DNA of 64,000 bases from Octopus sinensis (taxonomy: Eukaryota), in the NCBI RefSeq assembly GCF_006345805.1, contig NC_042998.1, positions 134,540,001 through 134,604,000 of the forward strand, written 5' to 3'. The position numbers and the translations under genes were made by a program. This document shows, piece after piece, positions 1 to 12,741 of the stretch (the stretch's first letter is position 1; every line of letters begins with the position of its first letter). The notes below the pieces were generated by a model. The model was not told the DNA's origin, did not search any database, and saw only the letters and a program-made list of their open reading frames with translations.

Positions 1-33
1 TTATTTACTCAAATGGATTATACAAGTCTGATA

Positions 34-2029
34 TGAGGTTTGATGAATAGGTGTCTGGACTGGTGCTATAAAAACAAAACTACAACATGTACCAATTTGG
101 CATTTAATCTCCTTCAAAGTAGTCCCCTTCAGAGACCACATACTTAATCCAGTGCTGTTTCCATTGATGGAAGTATTCCTGGAACTTGTTTTCTGGGATA
201 ATCAGCAAATGCCTCATCGCATTCAGTTTGATTTCGTTGACATCCTGAAATCTTCCTTTCAAACGGGATTTGATTTTTGGAAATAGGAAAAAGTCACAAG
301 GGGCAAGATCTGGGGAATATGGTGGCTGTCGGACCTGGGGAATGCTGTGTCTAGCCAAAAACTGCTGCACAATTGCACCATGACAACACAATGGGCAGGT
401 GTGTTGTCATGGTGCAATTGCCACTCACCGGATGCATGCAATTGTGACGTTTTCTGGCGAATACCATCCCACAAACGCCACAGAATATTACGGTAGTACT
501 CTTTGTTTACCGTCTCACCAGGTGGAGCATACTTATGATGAACAATCCCCTTGTAGTTGAAGAAAACAGTCAACAGTATCTTCACATTACTTTAGTCTCA
601 GAAGTTGGGGTCTTCCACTGTGAAGGCTGAGCCTTCATTTTGGGGTTAGAGCCATAGATCCATCACCTATTATGACTGTTTTCCAAAAAGTTTTCATCGT
701 TCTTGACACCAGTGGTAGCTCATAGATAAAATTAGTTGGGGTGCTGCTTCAGAAAATTTTTAGGTGTTGTTTTAATATTGTGTAAAAGGAAACAAGCATA
801 TAAAAGGAATATTTATATATAAACTTGATCAGTTCACATTTTAATCACTGTGTTTAATTTGTTCACTGAATACCACTGCAAATTCCTTTTTCTTTTTTTT
901 TTTTTTTTTTTTTTTTCAAAAATACCTCCTAAATCGCAAAATAAGGGGCGCAAATCTATCCTATTTTTCAAATCCTAGCAGCAACACTGAAGCTGGAAGC
1001 AGGATAATAATCTAATTCTACACTTTATCACATTCAAGAACATAAATATGTTTTTAAGCACAACACATGTGGTGTCAAAGAGACACTACCTTTCACCAGG
1101 CACTGTTGTTCACACAGTACTCTCTTTCCCTAGCTTGAAGCTTCCTATCTTGGAAATGTGAGCATGTGCACAACAGCCAAACCTCACGTCACTGGAACTG
1201 TGAAGTATACAGTTCTATACAAGGATTTTTGTATTTTTTCATAAACTAGGGGATGGCTACTGACATTAAGCTTAAGGATTATATAATCAACAAGTATAAA
1301 GAAAGAATTAAAGAAAAAAGGACTCGTTATATTGAATGTTATCGATAACATCAAGTGGAAATAGGGGGTGCTGCAGTTCCACAGTGCCTATACATTAGCT
1401 GCTACTACTCAACACAATCAAGGAGATCTTGTACAACTGAAACCTGAGTGTCTTTTTGGTCAGCTGAAAGCAGTTTTGGCACAAACTTGGCAGACATGCA
1501 TCACTTACCCAAGTCTTCAGTGAATTATCACTGAGCTGAGCCGTAACTAATCTGCACATCCTCTGATAACTCACGGATGGTGATTTGATAATTTCCCCTC
1601 ACAGCTGCATGCACATCTGTGATGTTTTTCGCAGTTCTGCTGGCTGTAGGTCTCCCAGAATGTTCGTCACTATCGACATTTTTTTGGCTATCTTGGAAAC
1701 GTTTGAATCATTCATACACTTGTGTGTGGCTCATACACTTCGACTCCATACACTTTCTGCAACTTTGTGTTGTGCTCTGAGCAGGTATTGCCAAGCTTCT
1801 GGCAAAATTTGATGCAGATTCTCTGCTCAACTTACTCTGTCATGGTCAATGCGACAATCACGTGCTACATACATTTCTTCCAAGCACTGCTGTGAACAGT
1901 GGAAGTGAGGTAGAACTTAGTGTGCATGCACAGCAGAGTTCAAGGTCAGTCTATGCCAAGCAGCTTCACTCTGCGTGCTTTAGCTTCGTTACTATGCCAA
2001 CAGTCCAGATACTTATTGATCTGATTGTG
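34..2029 (-). mobile_element. Decayed mariner (Tc1/mariner) DNA transposon split by a nested insertion
   Basis: C-terminal half at 104-710 (HHDNTPAH, PPYSPDLAPCDFFLFPKIK, EGDYFEGD*). N-terminal half at ~1410-1850 (EQRICIKFCQKLG). Degenerate TIRs tgaggtttgatgaataggtgtctggactg / cagtccagatacttattgatctgattgtg flanked by TA. Frameshifts and stops. Confidence 0.85.
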
Positions 2030-2382
2030 TATATCCTTTAGGTTTATTTATGGGAAGCATTTTGAGTATGCATATAAAGGCTCCTATCTTTTATTATGTT
2101 GGCTACAGCATAATGATACCAACTTGTAATAGTAGTTTTATGGGGTTGTTCTGAGTTGTGTCAATATAATGTAAGATAAATATAGTAATAATCATTCGTG
2201 GATGAAATTTATAAATATTTTAATGTATTGACACAAATTACATGTTTCTTAAGATCATAGTCCATAGAATAAGTACCAAACTTAAAAAGATAAATACTCG
2301 GGTTGATTAATTCGGCTAATATTCCTCAAGGTGGTGCCCTGCTGCAATCTAATGACTGAAACTGTATATACATATCTATTAC

Positions 2383-2425
<43 letters not shown>

Positions 2426-3304
2426 TATTATATCTTTTACCTGCGTAAATTGGATTTTCTGTTTTGATAGGTATTTTTCCAATTTCTTTTTCATGATGGT
2501 AGTAGGGAACTTCTTGTGAAAAAGTTCCTTAAAAATTCATGATTCCCTCCCCTCTTATTCCTCACTATTTGAATCGATTTTGACCAATTTTTTTTCACTA
2601 CACTTTTAAAATCTATGGGAGAAGTCTTTATGATAAAAGAAAAAAAATTTGAAAAGCTTTTTAGATGAAAAGGTATATGAATAAAGGGAGATTTAGCTGT
2701 TTGTAGCACATCCCATGATCACCTGATATGTTCCGCGTTTCTTTCCTTTCCTCCACCTGATACCAAGTGAGTCCATGAGTGTGTGCGTGTGCACATAAAA
2801 AAGAACTTATTTACTAACAGAAAAGTATGTTGTTGAAAGAAAAAATTTTTTGAAAATTTATAACTTTTTTCAAATACCCCACCTCCATCCTTTACTCCTT
2901 TTATAATTTTAAAGTATTAGAGATCCTGAGAAGGTCATTCCTGGGATTTTTCCACAGTGATTCAAAAAAGGTATGTAAAAGATAATTTATTTTAATAGCA
3001 TACTTCCCTGTTAGTATGTTTTTTCTTACACAGACTGCTTTGTGTGGTGATGGTGGCGGTAATGGTGTTTTGAAATTTTAATTTTCAAAATTTTTCAACT
3101 AAATCTCCCTTAAATCACACCATTTTTTATCTGAAAATGCTTCTCCCATTGTTTTTAAGGGCATAGTTCAACAACAAAAAAATTGGTCAAAATCAGTTCA
3201 TATGGTGTGCGGAAAAGAATTGGAAAAATCTCCATCAAAATAAAGATGCAACTTATGTGGGTGTCCTTATCTGAAACTCCACTATTTACATATCTATTTT
3301 ATAT

Positions 3305-3355
<51 letters not shown>

Positions 3356-3903
3356 ATGTTGGCTATGTCTGATTTTGGGCAAGGATTTGCACAAACATAC
3401 ATGCATTCACACACATATATATAGGTGTGTGTGAATCTATCTGTCTGTCTGTCTCAGACTATTCTTTTCCTTCTCTCTGGATCTTTCCTCTTTCTGACAA
3501 AGAGCCATGCTCAAAATGTCACCCCACTCCCCTTTTTTCCATCTTAAACTGAGCGTCAACCTAATACATTCACAGTGTACACGTCCTTTTGACTTTTGTT
3601 GCTTTGGTTTTTATTTTTATTTTCAATCTGCCTATATATATTTATATATTGTTTTTGGATTTGGTTTGCAAGATTCTTTATATGAGTTTGTGTGTTGAAG
3701 TATATTCTGTTGTCTCCCCAGACATATTCTAATTCCAAGAAAGTTAGAGGTTATGAATCCCACCAACTAAAGGATAATATCTATCCAATATACTGCTGGT
3801 AGAATACCCAATTATTAATACACAAGTGCTTTTTCATTGCATGGCAATTACATTACGAGTTTAATAAATGGGTGAGGGTAAAATTATTTTACCATTAATT
3901 TAT

Positions 3904-4919
3904 AGAGCAATAAGAAAATGGAGGGGATCAATAGGTGGTATTCAACTTTTAGACATTATATTATGTCGGTTTATTTATTTACTAAAAGGACAATTATAAC
4001 TATACACATACATGTATAACATTATGCTTTACATATATAATATATAAAATATATAACATATAGCAATAGAAATTGGGATAATATCTTACAGTTGTTTCAG
4101 CTAAGAGGCAAAAATACCTCATTCTACTTTTATCCCCCAGTGGACTGAAGTAATTAGTAGATGAAATTGAGGTACTTGGATGTTGCTCTAGGCTTCATCA
4201 GAGATTTTAGAAAGTACATAAGGTTAAGATATAAATATACACACATATACATACTTTTACATATACATACATATACATAAATATACATAAATACATATAC
4301 CTACACTTAAATGTACATGCATATGTGCATGTATATGCATACAAATGAATCAATTATTATTAGATGCATTATATTTTTCATATTAGATAAAATATAAACA
4401 GAAGTGTGAGAAAGTTATTAGAGGAGTAATAATATTGTAAACTTTCTGATACCTCTGTTTATATTTTATCTAATATGAATAATATAATGCATCTAATAAT
4501 AATAATTAATTCAAGTGTAGGTATATGTATTTATGTATATGTAAAAGTAAGTATATGTGCATGTATTTATATTTATAACTTAACCTTATGTTCTTTCTAA
4601 AATCTCTGACGAAGCCTAGAGAAACACCCAAGTACCTCAATTTCATCTAATTACTTCAGTCCACTGGAGTGATAAAAGTGAGGTATTTTTGCCTCTTGGC
4701 TGAAGCAGTTGTAATATATTATCTCAATTTCTATTTCTATGTTATATATTTTAATAATTACTGATATTTTTATATTTTATATATTATATATGTAAAGCAT
4801 AATGTTATACATGTATGTATATTGTTATAATTTTCCTTTTAGTAAATAAATAGACATAATATGATGTCTAAAAGTTGATGAATACCACATATTGATCCCC
4901 TCCATTTTCTTATTGCTCT
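3904..4919. repeat. ~1-kb fold-back (long inverted repeat) element with a hammerhead motif in each arm
   Basis: agagcaataagaaaatggaggggatcaata (3904) is the reverse complement of the end at 4919. Arms match with indels through to a short central spacer near 4428-4440. Confidence 0.9.
4083..4205 (-). ncRNA. Type I hammerhead ribozyme motif (long helix II extension)
   Basis: Minus strand: ATCT-CTGATGA-AGC..(long hairpin)..GCT-GAAA-C AACT G-TA-AGAT. Helix I ATCT/AGAT, GUA cleavage triplet. Confidence 0.65.
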
Positions 4920-5375
4920 CTCTCTCTTTCTCTCTCTCTCTCTCTATTTCTCTCTATCTATCTATCTCGTCTTTCAGTGTCCATCTTCCATGTTGTTATT
5001 AGTTGGACAATTTTACATAGTCCAACACTTTAGAGGACTGCATCATGCTGTAGTGTCTGTTTTGACATGGTTTCTCTTGCTAGTTGGACACCCTAAGACA
5101 CCCTTCCTAATGTCAGAAACCCTACAGAGTATATTGGGTATTGTTTTCCACTGCACTGTATATATAAAAAGCACCCACTACACTCTCGGAGTGTTTGGCG
5201 TTAGGAAGGGCATCCAGCTGTAGAAACTCTGCTAGATCAAGACTGGAGCCTGGTGCAGCCATCTGGTTGCCAGCCCTCAGTCAAAACCGTCCAACCCATG
5301 TTAGCATGGAAAATGGATGTTAAATGATGATGATAATGATTATATATATATATATATATAATAATGAAATTAATT

Positions 5376-6150
5376 GTATACAGTGCTCAGGTGCACCACA
5401 ACTTGTCAGAAAGTGCATATAAAGTACATGCAGTAATGTAGAAATGTCTGGAAAGCGAACAATGTATGAGTCGGATACATGCTTGTGTGTGTATGGAGGG
5501 GAGAAAATCAGGTGTAGTGTTGGCGAATCTCAGGAAGCATGGAAGTTTTGAAGGATGCAGTGCTCCGACAACTAACAACTGATGCCGGCAGTTTGTTCCA
5601 TGCTTCAGCAACTCTCAGCGTGAAAAAATGTTTCCTGAAGTCATGGGAGCTGTGCTGTTTTCTTACTTTGTAAATATGTCCATTGGTGTTAGATGGGTGG
5701 AGTTTGAAAAGGTGCTCAGAGTTATTGTTTGTACGATGGTTGATAATTTTATGGGTGTCTGCCAAGTCAGCTGCCAGACGTCGGAGTTTCAATGTGTCCA
5801 TGCCCAGGGAAGTAAGGCGTTCAGGATATGGCAAATGCCTGATGGAGGGTATTCTTTTGGTTCCAGACGATTGATATCCTGGGCAAGATAGGGGTTCCAG
5901 ACCGGTGATGCAAATTCCAGGTGAGGTCTTACCATAGCTATATAAAGCCGCAGATAGATAGCCGGAGAGTGGCTCACAAAGGATTTGGTGAGTGATGCCA
6001 AGACACCCTCAGCCTTCTTGACAATTTTAGCGATGTGTTTTGTCCAACGCAAATCACTATATTGTAGGCACACTTGTGGGTGTATCGTTGTGAAGCCTGC
6101 CTCCCAATCATATGGTCTCAGTTTTGGTTCCTCTGCACAGCATCTTGGCA
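5376..6150 (-). mobile_element. CR1-type LINE 3' fragment
   Basis: RPHLEFASPVWNPYL, LGMDTLKLRRLAADL, RKHFFTLRVAEAWNKLP. Same 3' end as copies at 23.5 and 26.9 kb. Confidence 0.85.
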
Positions 6151-6347
6151 GATATCTTCTACTATAGCCTATGTCTAACCAAAGCATTGTGAAAGGATTT
6201 GGTAGATAGAAACTAAAAGAAACCCTTCCTATGTGTTTGTCTCAGAAGTGTAATATGTTATAAATCTGTCTTCTGGCTATGTCCAGCATTTCCGAATAGA
6301 ACTGAGCTGCAATAGCTAAACTAATATTTTGTTTGTCAAAGGAATGT

Positions 6348-6552
6348 TTAACTCTTTAGTATTTAAAACTGGTCATATCTGGTCAACATAATCTAACATT
6401 TTCATCTCAAACTGGCTGGTTCCATCCTCTCTCACTTACCCTACAATGTTATTCTAAAAAATAAACAATCCCAACATTGAAATCTCAAGGCTACAAACTA
6501 ATGCATGATTATTTCAAATTATACTTGACTAATTTGAATGCTAAAGGGTTAA
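6348..6552. mobile_element. piggyBac-like MITE
   Basis: TTAA-flanked ends ttaactctttagtatt / aatgctaaagggttaa. Related copy at 12742-13306. Confidence 0.55.
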
Positions 6553-7709
6553 GTGATTAATAAATGTTTGAAGTAAATTTACAGTTAATAAAGCCTCTCC
6601 TGTGAAATTAACATCTGACCCTAGACAGAATCATAATGGCTGTATATGTCTTTACCTCATATTTTTATTGAGAAATACTTAAATGTAATCTGACTCCATA
6701 ACATTTAATCTATGTTCTTTTTCTTTTTTTTTACATTATATTTTTCTCTCTTTCCTTTTTTAAATATAATTATTAATTGGTGAACTCCATGAAAATGCAT
6801 CATATTTTCCCTAAAGTTCTGGCTGGCCTGGTTTCCTATTATCAATATTAGTACTAAGTCATAATGCATACAGCCATCCCACTATTCAGTACCTCTCTGT
6901 CAGCCCTTACACCCATCGAACATTTTCTCTTTCCCTTCACATACATTCTCTTATCTTATTGACACCACTTAACAGATAAGCTCTTTTAATTTTTTGGTTG
7001 TTGTTCTCTCTCTCTCAGTATGATTATTAATCAAAATAAATATTAACCAGTAAACTCGATGACAGTATGTCTTATTTTCTTCCAAATTTATGTCTAGACA
7101 TGGATTCATATTGTATTTCAGTATCTCTATAACTATGAGGTCGTAATGCATGTAACCATCATGCTTGACTATATTCACTCCCTCTCTCTACTATGTGACC
7201 TCAGAATTCCTGGAGAAGGGAGAACACTCAATATGACCTAAAAATAAATGTACATTTATGTCAGGTCAGAGACCTAGTAACAAGAGGCCTGCTACTAATA
7301 ATGATATAAGCTCATACAACCTGTCTGTCGACAACTAAACCAGGAACCCAACAGTCATTCAATTAGTGTGTATATATATGTATGTGCATATACATGTGTA
7401 TGTAAAAGAACATTTACATTTGAGTGTGTGGAAGTGTTAGATAAATGTATGAGTGCACAGTAAAACCACTTGGAGAGGGGAAATTCCCAAATCCTGCCCC
7501 TACTGATTTGCAGGTATCTTTTTATTGAACAAGTGTAGGAAAAGTTCTCACAAAATCTGCCATTGTTTGTCACTGGATATTTAATTATAGTCCCACTAAG
7601 AGGGACTTAAACTAACTGGGTATTATATATTTAATTATAGATACTCACTGGGTGGAATATGTGTCATACAAGCACACATTGCATTAACGTGCAGATGTAC
7701 ATTGGGTAC

Positions 7710-8029
7710 TAGGGTGGAATGAAAATTAAAAAATTGTGGAAATTGAAAATGCCTGAGGGCTAAAATGTTATATTTGATTTACTAGAAAAATGCTGAATTT
7801 TCGTTGAGATTGATCAAGAGCATTTACTTCCTCAAGCCCCATAAACTCCGAAAATGGGGGACTTTTGTAAATTTTTTACAATAGCAGAATTTGGGGTATT
7901 TGAGGGAGTAAATGCCCATGACTGATCTAAGTGAAAATTTAGCATTTTTCTAGTAATAATATATAGCAAGATTTTAGGCCTCAGGAATTTTCAATTTCCA
8001 CAATTTTTTTTTATTTTCACTCCACCCTA
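7710..8029. mobile_element. Palindromic MITE, unit 1
   Basis: Ends tagggtggaatgaaaa / ttttcactccacccta, with long internal inverted arms. Confidence 0.8.
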
Positions 8030-8070
8030 GATTACACAATCTATACACCTGCACACACATACATGTCTGT

Positions 8071-8387
8071 TAGGGTGGAGTGAAAATAAGAAATTGTGGA
8101 AATTGAAAATGCTTGTGACCTAAAATCTTGCTATATATTATTACTAGAAAAATGCTAAATTTTTGCTTAGATCAGTCAAGGGCATTTACTCCCTCAAACC
8201 CCCAAACTCTACTATTATAATAAAATTACAAAACGTCTCCATTTTCGGAGTTTAGGGGGCTTGAGGGAGTAAATGCCCTTGATTGATCTCAGTAAAAATT
8301 TAGCTTTTTTCTAGTAATCAAATATAGCAACATTTTAGCCCTCAGACATTTTCAATTTCCACAATTTTTTATTTTCACTCTACCCTA
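8071..8387. mobile_element. Palindromic MITE, unit 2 (inverted relative to unit 1)
   Basis: Same ends. The asymmetric core (ctccgaaaatgg...) is reverse-complemented relative to unit 1. Confidence 0.8.
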
Positions 8388-11300
8388 TAAGGTACTGGCA
8401 TGTTTGTGTAGTTAAAAAGCTCGCTTTGCAACTATGTGGTTTTGGGTTCAATCCCACTGCACAGCACCTTGGGCAAGAGTTTTCTACTATAGCCCCAACT
8501 TGACCAATGCCATGTGAGTGGATTTGATAGACAGCTGTGGAAGCCTGTCATGTTTGTGTTTGTCCCCACTATTGCTTGATACCTAGCATTGAGTTGTTTG
8601 CAGTTTGGCCAAAGTGACTAATAGAATAAGTATCAAACTTCACAAAAATAAATATAGGGGTCGCTTTGCTTGACTAAACCCTCTAAGGTAGTACCCCTGC
8701 ATGGCCACCGTCCACTGACTGAAACAGATAAAAGCATATCTCATCACCTTATCTTCATTCTCTTTGTTTTTAAGAAAGCCTTTTGATGATGGAACAGTGT
8801 CAACATATGCTTAACCACTTGGAAGCACATAGTCACAAATCTGCACATCATAGGCACTGAGTGTCTTTTCTTTTACTCGTTTCAGTCATTTGACTGTGGC
8901 CGTCTTGAAGGGTTTTTGTTGAATAAATCGCCCCTCCCCACCCCCAGTACTAATTTTTTTTTTTAAACCTAGTACTTATTCTATCATACTCATTTGCTGA
9001 ACTGCTAAGTTATGGGGATGTAAACACACCAACACCAGTTGTCAAGCAGTGGTGGAGGAAAACAACAGATGTAAAGACACACACACACACACACACACAC
9101 ACACTCATATATATGATGGACTTCTTTCAGTTTTCATCTACCAGATCCACTCACAAAACTTTGGTCAGCCTGAGGCTATAATAGAAGACACTTGCCTATG
9201 GTGCTATGCAGTGAGACTGAACCTGGAACCATGTAGTTAGGAAGCAAGCTTCTTACCACACAGCCATGCCTGTTTTGGAACTGGCTTATTTGGGTGATGT
9301 TTTTTTGTGTCTGAGCCACCCTATTTAGAGTGTGCCCTGTTTATCTAGTTTTCAAGGAAGATGCTAGAGAAAGGTTGTCTGTCTAATTTCAGCTGCTTAA
9401 TTTACTGTGGCAAGAAAGGAAAAAGGTAATAATTATAGTATTAAATTATATGTAGAAGAAGCAATCACACTTAACCTCTGTTCTTGGATTTTGTTACATC
9501 TAATCAACCAGAACTTAAAACAGTGCAAGGTTACATGAGTTCATCCTAAGTGAAAATAACTTCACATAATCAGTTCCATAGTAACTAAAAAAAATTATAT
9601 TCACAATGTTAGCAATGTTTGCATCTTAGTGTCAAATTTGGCATCAATCATGGACTGTTATGTGATAAGTTCAAGCTTTCATTTTCGGGAAAGGTTTTAG
9701 GAATGGAATAACAGCTCATAAACCACATATGGGTAACCTTTTTCAAGAAGCAGACCACATGAGTTATGGCCCATTATTTGGTGGGCTGCACTACCAAAAC
9801 ATTTGAGGTAATTTTTTTATTAGGCATACCATTATGAAAGTCCCACTGGCCATAGGCTTCCCATGATTGTCCTAAATATATATTATAGATAAACTGGCAC
9901 AGCCAAACACTTGAAAAACTTTCACCATTCCTGGGAAAACTTTGGGGACTAAGTATACTCTTTGAGAGCTGAGATGTTTGGATTCAATGAAACGAAACAT
10001 AGTAATTGGTTTCATGGTAATAATGTTATGCTTAGCCATCTTCTAGAAATGAAAGACCTAAACTTGCAAAGTCAATTGCAAAATCTGTGTGGTTGGGAAG
10101 TTTATTTTATGTTCAGTCCTATTGCATGTCACCTTGGGCAAATGTTTTTTACTATGGCACCACCAAAGTGTTGTGAGTGGATTTTGTTGATGGAAACAAA
10201 ATAAATCCATGTGTGTGAGTGTGTGTCCTTGTCTTGACATCATATGATTGTTATAAACAAGTCATATCATACAAGTAGTGTCATTAATTTCTAATATTTT
10301 GCAAAAATCCGTCAAGCCATGCTCAGAAACCAGTGAAGATTGGCAACAGAAAGGGCATCTAGCTGTAGATCTGCCTCAATAAACTGTGTCCATCTAATTC
10401 ATGCAAGTATTGAAAAGTGGACATGAAAATGATAAGGAGATAACTGTGCAATGAGAGTCAAGGAAAATTCAAAACAAGAGGTAGTCCGATATCTCCCAGA
10501 AATTCAAATTCTGTACAATAGAAGACCTTAGATGTGTGTGTACACACATGTACATATCATCATTGTTTCACATCTGCTATCCTTAGGTTGGACAGTTCAA
10601 TAGGGTTGGAGGACCACATCTTGCTCCACTGTGTCAGTTTTTGCATGGTTTCTACAACTGGATGCCCTTCTTACTGTCAACTCCTTTATAGAGTGTACTG
10701 GGTGCATTTTTGTGATACTAACACTAACAAGATCACCATGCAGTCAGAAAGCTAAAGAGAGTATAGTGGCTTTATGCTAGGTGTTGAGAGGTTAAAGTAT
10801 GATAGAAGGGACAGGAACAGGTTTGTTGTTGTAGAGAAGATATCCCACATTATATATGGGTGGGTGAGAGTATTTGGGGTGGAACGTGGTGATGGTGAGA
10901 TGTCAGTGTATCCTCAGAAAATATGAAAGCAGAGACCATGGGGACAGAAGATCAATAAAAGTGTGTGTGTGTGTGTGTGTATACTTGTTGAACTTTAACT
11001 CCTCCTTCTACAATCCAGTTTAAGTGAAATAGCCAATTTATTTATGTTTTATATTTATTCATTCAATTATGATTAAATGCCTGCAAATCCAATTGTGTAA
11101 TATGCATTATATAACAGGCATGGCTATATCATTTTTTCTCATCCATGTCTATACATTATGTTTGTCACATGCTTGTTGTTGAAACAATCTTAAACTATGG
11201 AATAAAGTAATGCCAGCTACTCCATTCTTTACTTATTTTATACACGCACACACACGCACGCACACACACACACACACACACACACATTAATATATGCAAA

Positions 11301-11568
11301 TAAAGTGTGTGGGTGTGGTGGAAGTTAACTTGTGCCTGAGTACAACTACTTCTTGATACATGATAAATTTCTTGGATGTTTAAACTACCTTTTCTATGTT
11401 TTTTAGAGTATTAACTATTAAGGCTAAAACTGCTGCCATCTATTTAATGTATGCAGTATTATACACTTGACTACATTACCACAATTATTCACAGCTATTT
11501 AAAACCATATTTCATTGTACTATTATTGTTTAATATTTATTTTTATTGCCGATGCTGTTAACTCTTAG

Positions 11569-11675
11569 GATTACAATATATTTCATTGATCGAGATGGAG
11601 ACCGTATTACTGTGACTGCCAATATTGATGAAACACTTCTTGATGTGGCTCTGAGGAATGATATTGACCTTGAAG
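11569..11675 (+). CDS. FDX1: Mitochondrial ferredoxin, mutually exclusive exon A (ITIYFIDRDGDRITVTANIDETLLDVALRNDIDLE-G)
   Basis: AG acceptor at 11567-68, GT donor at 11676, 107 nt, phase 2 to 1. Splices in frame to [13 protein letters not shown] at 20756. FDX2-like N-terminal motif. Confidence 0.88.
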
Positions 11676-11738
11676 GTATTTATCTATCGATTCAATTTGC
11701 AGCAAAAGCTATTTTTCTTCCCCCTTTTTGTGTTTCAG

Positions 11739-11851
11739 GGTAACCATATATTTTGTGACCAGTGATGGCAACAAAATTGCAACAGAGGCCAAAGTAAATA
11801 GCACTTTGTTGGACTCTATTATTGACAACGACCTTGATTTTGATGGCTTCG
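11739..11851 (+). CDS. FDX1: Mitochondrial ferredoxin, mutually exclusive exon B (VTIYFVTSDGNKIATEAKVNSTLLDSIIDNDLDFDGF-G)
   Basis: Polypyrimidine tract plus CAG acceptor (11737-38), GTTAGT donor at 11852, 113 nt, phase 2 to 1. Matches the adrenodoxin NLDIDGFG motif. Not in the ORF track. Confidence 0.9.
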
Positions 11852-12741
11852 GTTAGTGATTTTCTATTTCTCTGCAGGAATATTTCATCTTCTCTCTAAA
11901 TTCTTCTCTCTTCTGTCTCAGTTTCATTTACCAAAATGTATTGCAATATAGACATTTATTCTTTGTAATATAGTGGAATTTGAAAACTGCCATATTCTCT
12001 CATGGAGCTGTATTATTGAGTTTATTCTTCCTTCATATGAACAATATGGCCAGATGGTTAAGAAATCTGCTTCACAACCATGATATCCCAGGTTCACTGC
12101 TTAGTATCTTAGGAAAATGTTGTTTTCTATAACTTTCAAGTGATCCGTAGTTTGAGTGAAAATGAATAAGCAAAAACTGTATAGAAATTTAACCAGTGGA
12201 TTGTACCTGTGATTCAAAAAAAAGCTTTATCTCACTCTGTCATGATGATTAAGTCTGAAAATTATATAAAGAGTACACATGACTGTGGAATACTCAGCCA
12301 TTTACACATTAATTCAGGAGCAGAAATTCAGTTGCTCAAACAACTGAATCCTCACTCTCGAATAATGGAGTTCTACCTCCACTATTCTTTCACTTTTCTT
12401 ACTTGCGTTGTGTTCAAGTAGGAATAAGTAGAATTCAGGGTCTTGTCTAGGACACAGTGCACCACCAATGCTAAGATATAAATACTTAGTTCTTTAACTG
12501 GGGTGTGAATAACTTATTTAATTGGTTATTACAGCATCACTATGTTATAATAATATGGGGTTATTCTGGTAAGTGTTTTCAGAGTTTAGATATTGTATTA
12601 AAATTCTCCATAAACCTCTTGTAAAAACTCTACATAAGCTTTTGATGATTACCATATTTGATGGCATGAAAGACGCATGAACATTATATATACCCCAATT
12701 TCAGCAGCACATGTTCAAGGAAAAAAAAAGTTTTTCATTCA

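Noticed and set aside
1-11568. Search for the ferredoxin transit-peptide exon
   Set aside because: No convincing ATG exon with a phase-2 donor was found; it is probably upstream of the window or missed.
11853-11880. Strong acceptor-like tttctatttctctgcag just after the exon B donor (possible third exon variant)
   Set aside because: Only ~27 nt from the donor; the downstream sequence has no ferredoxin similarity and hits a stop.
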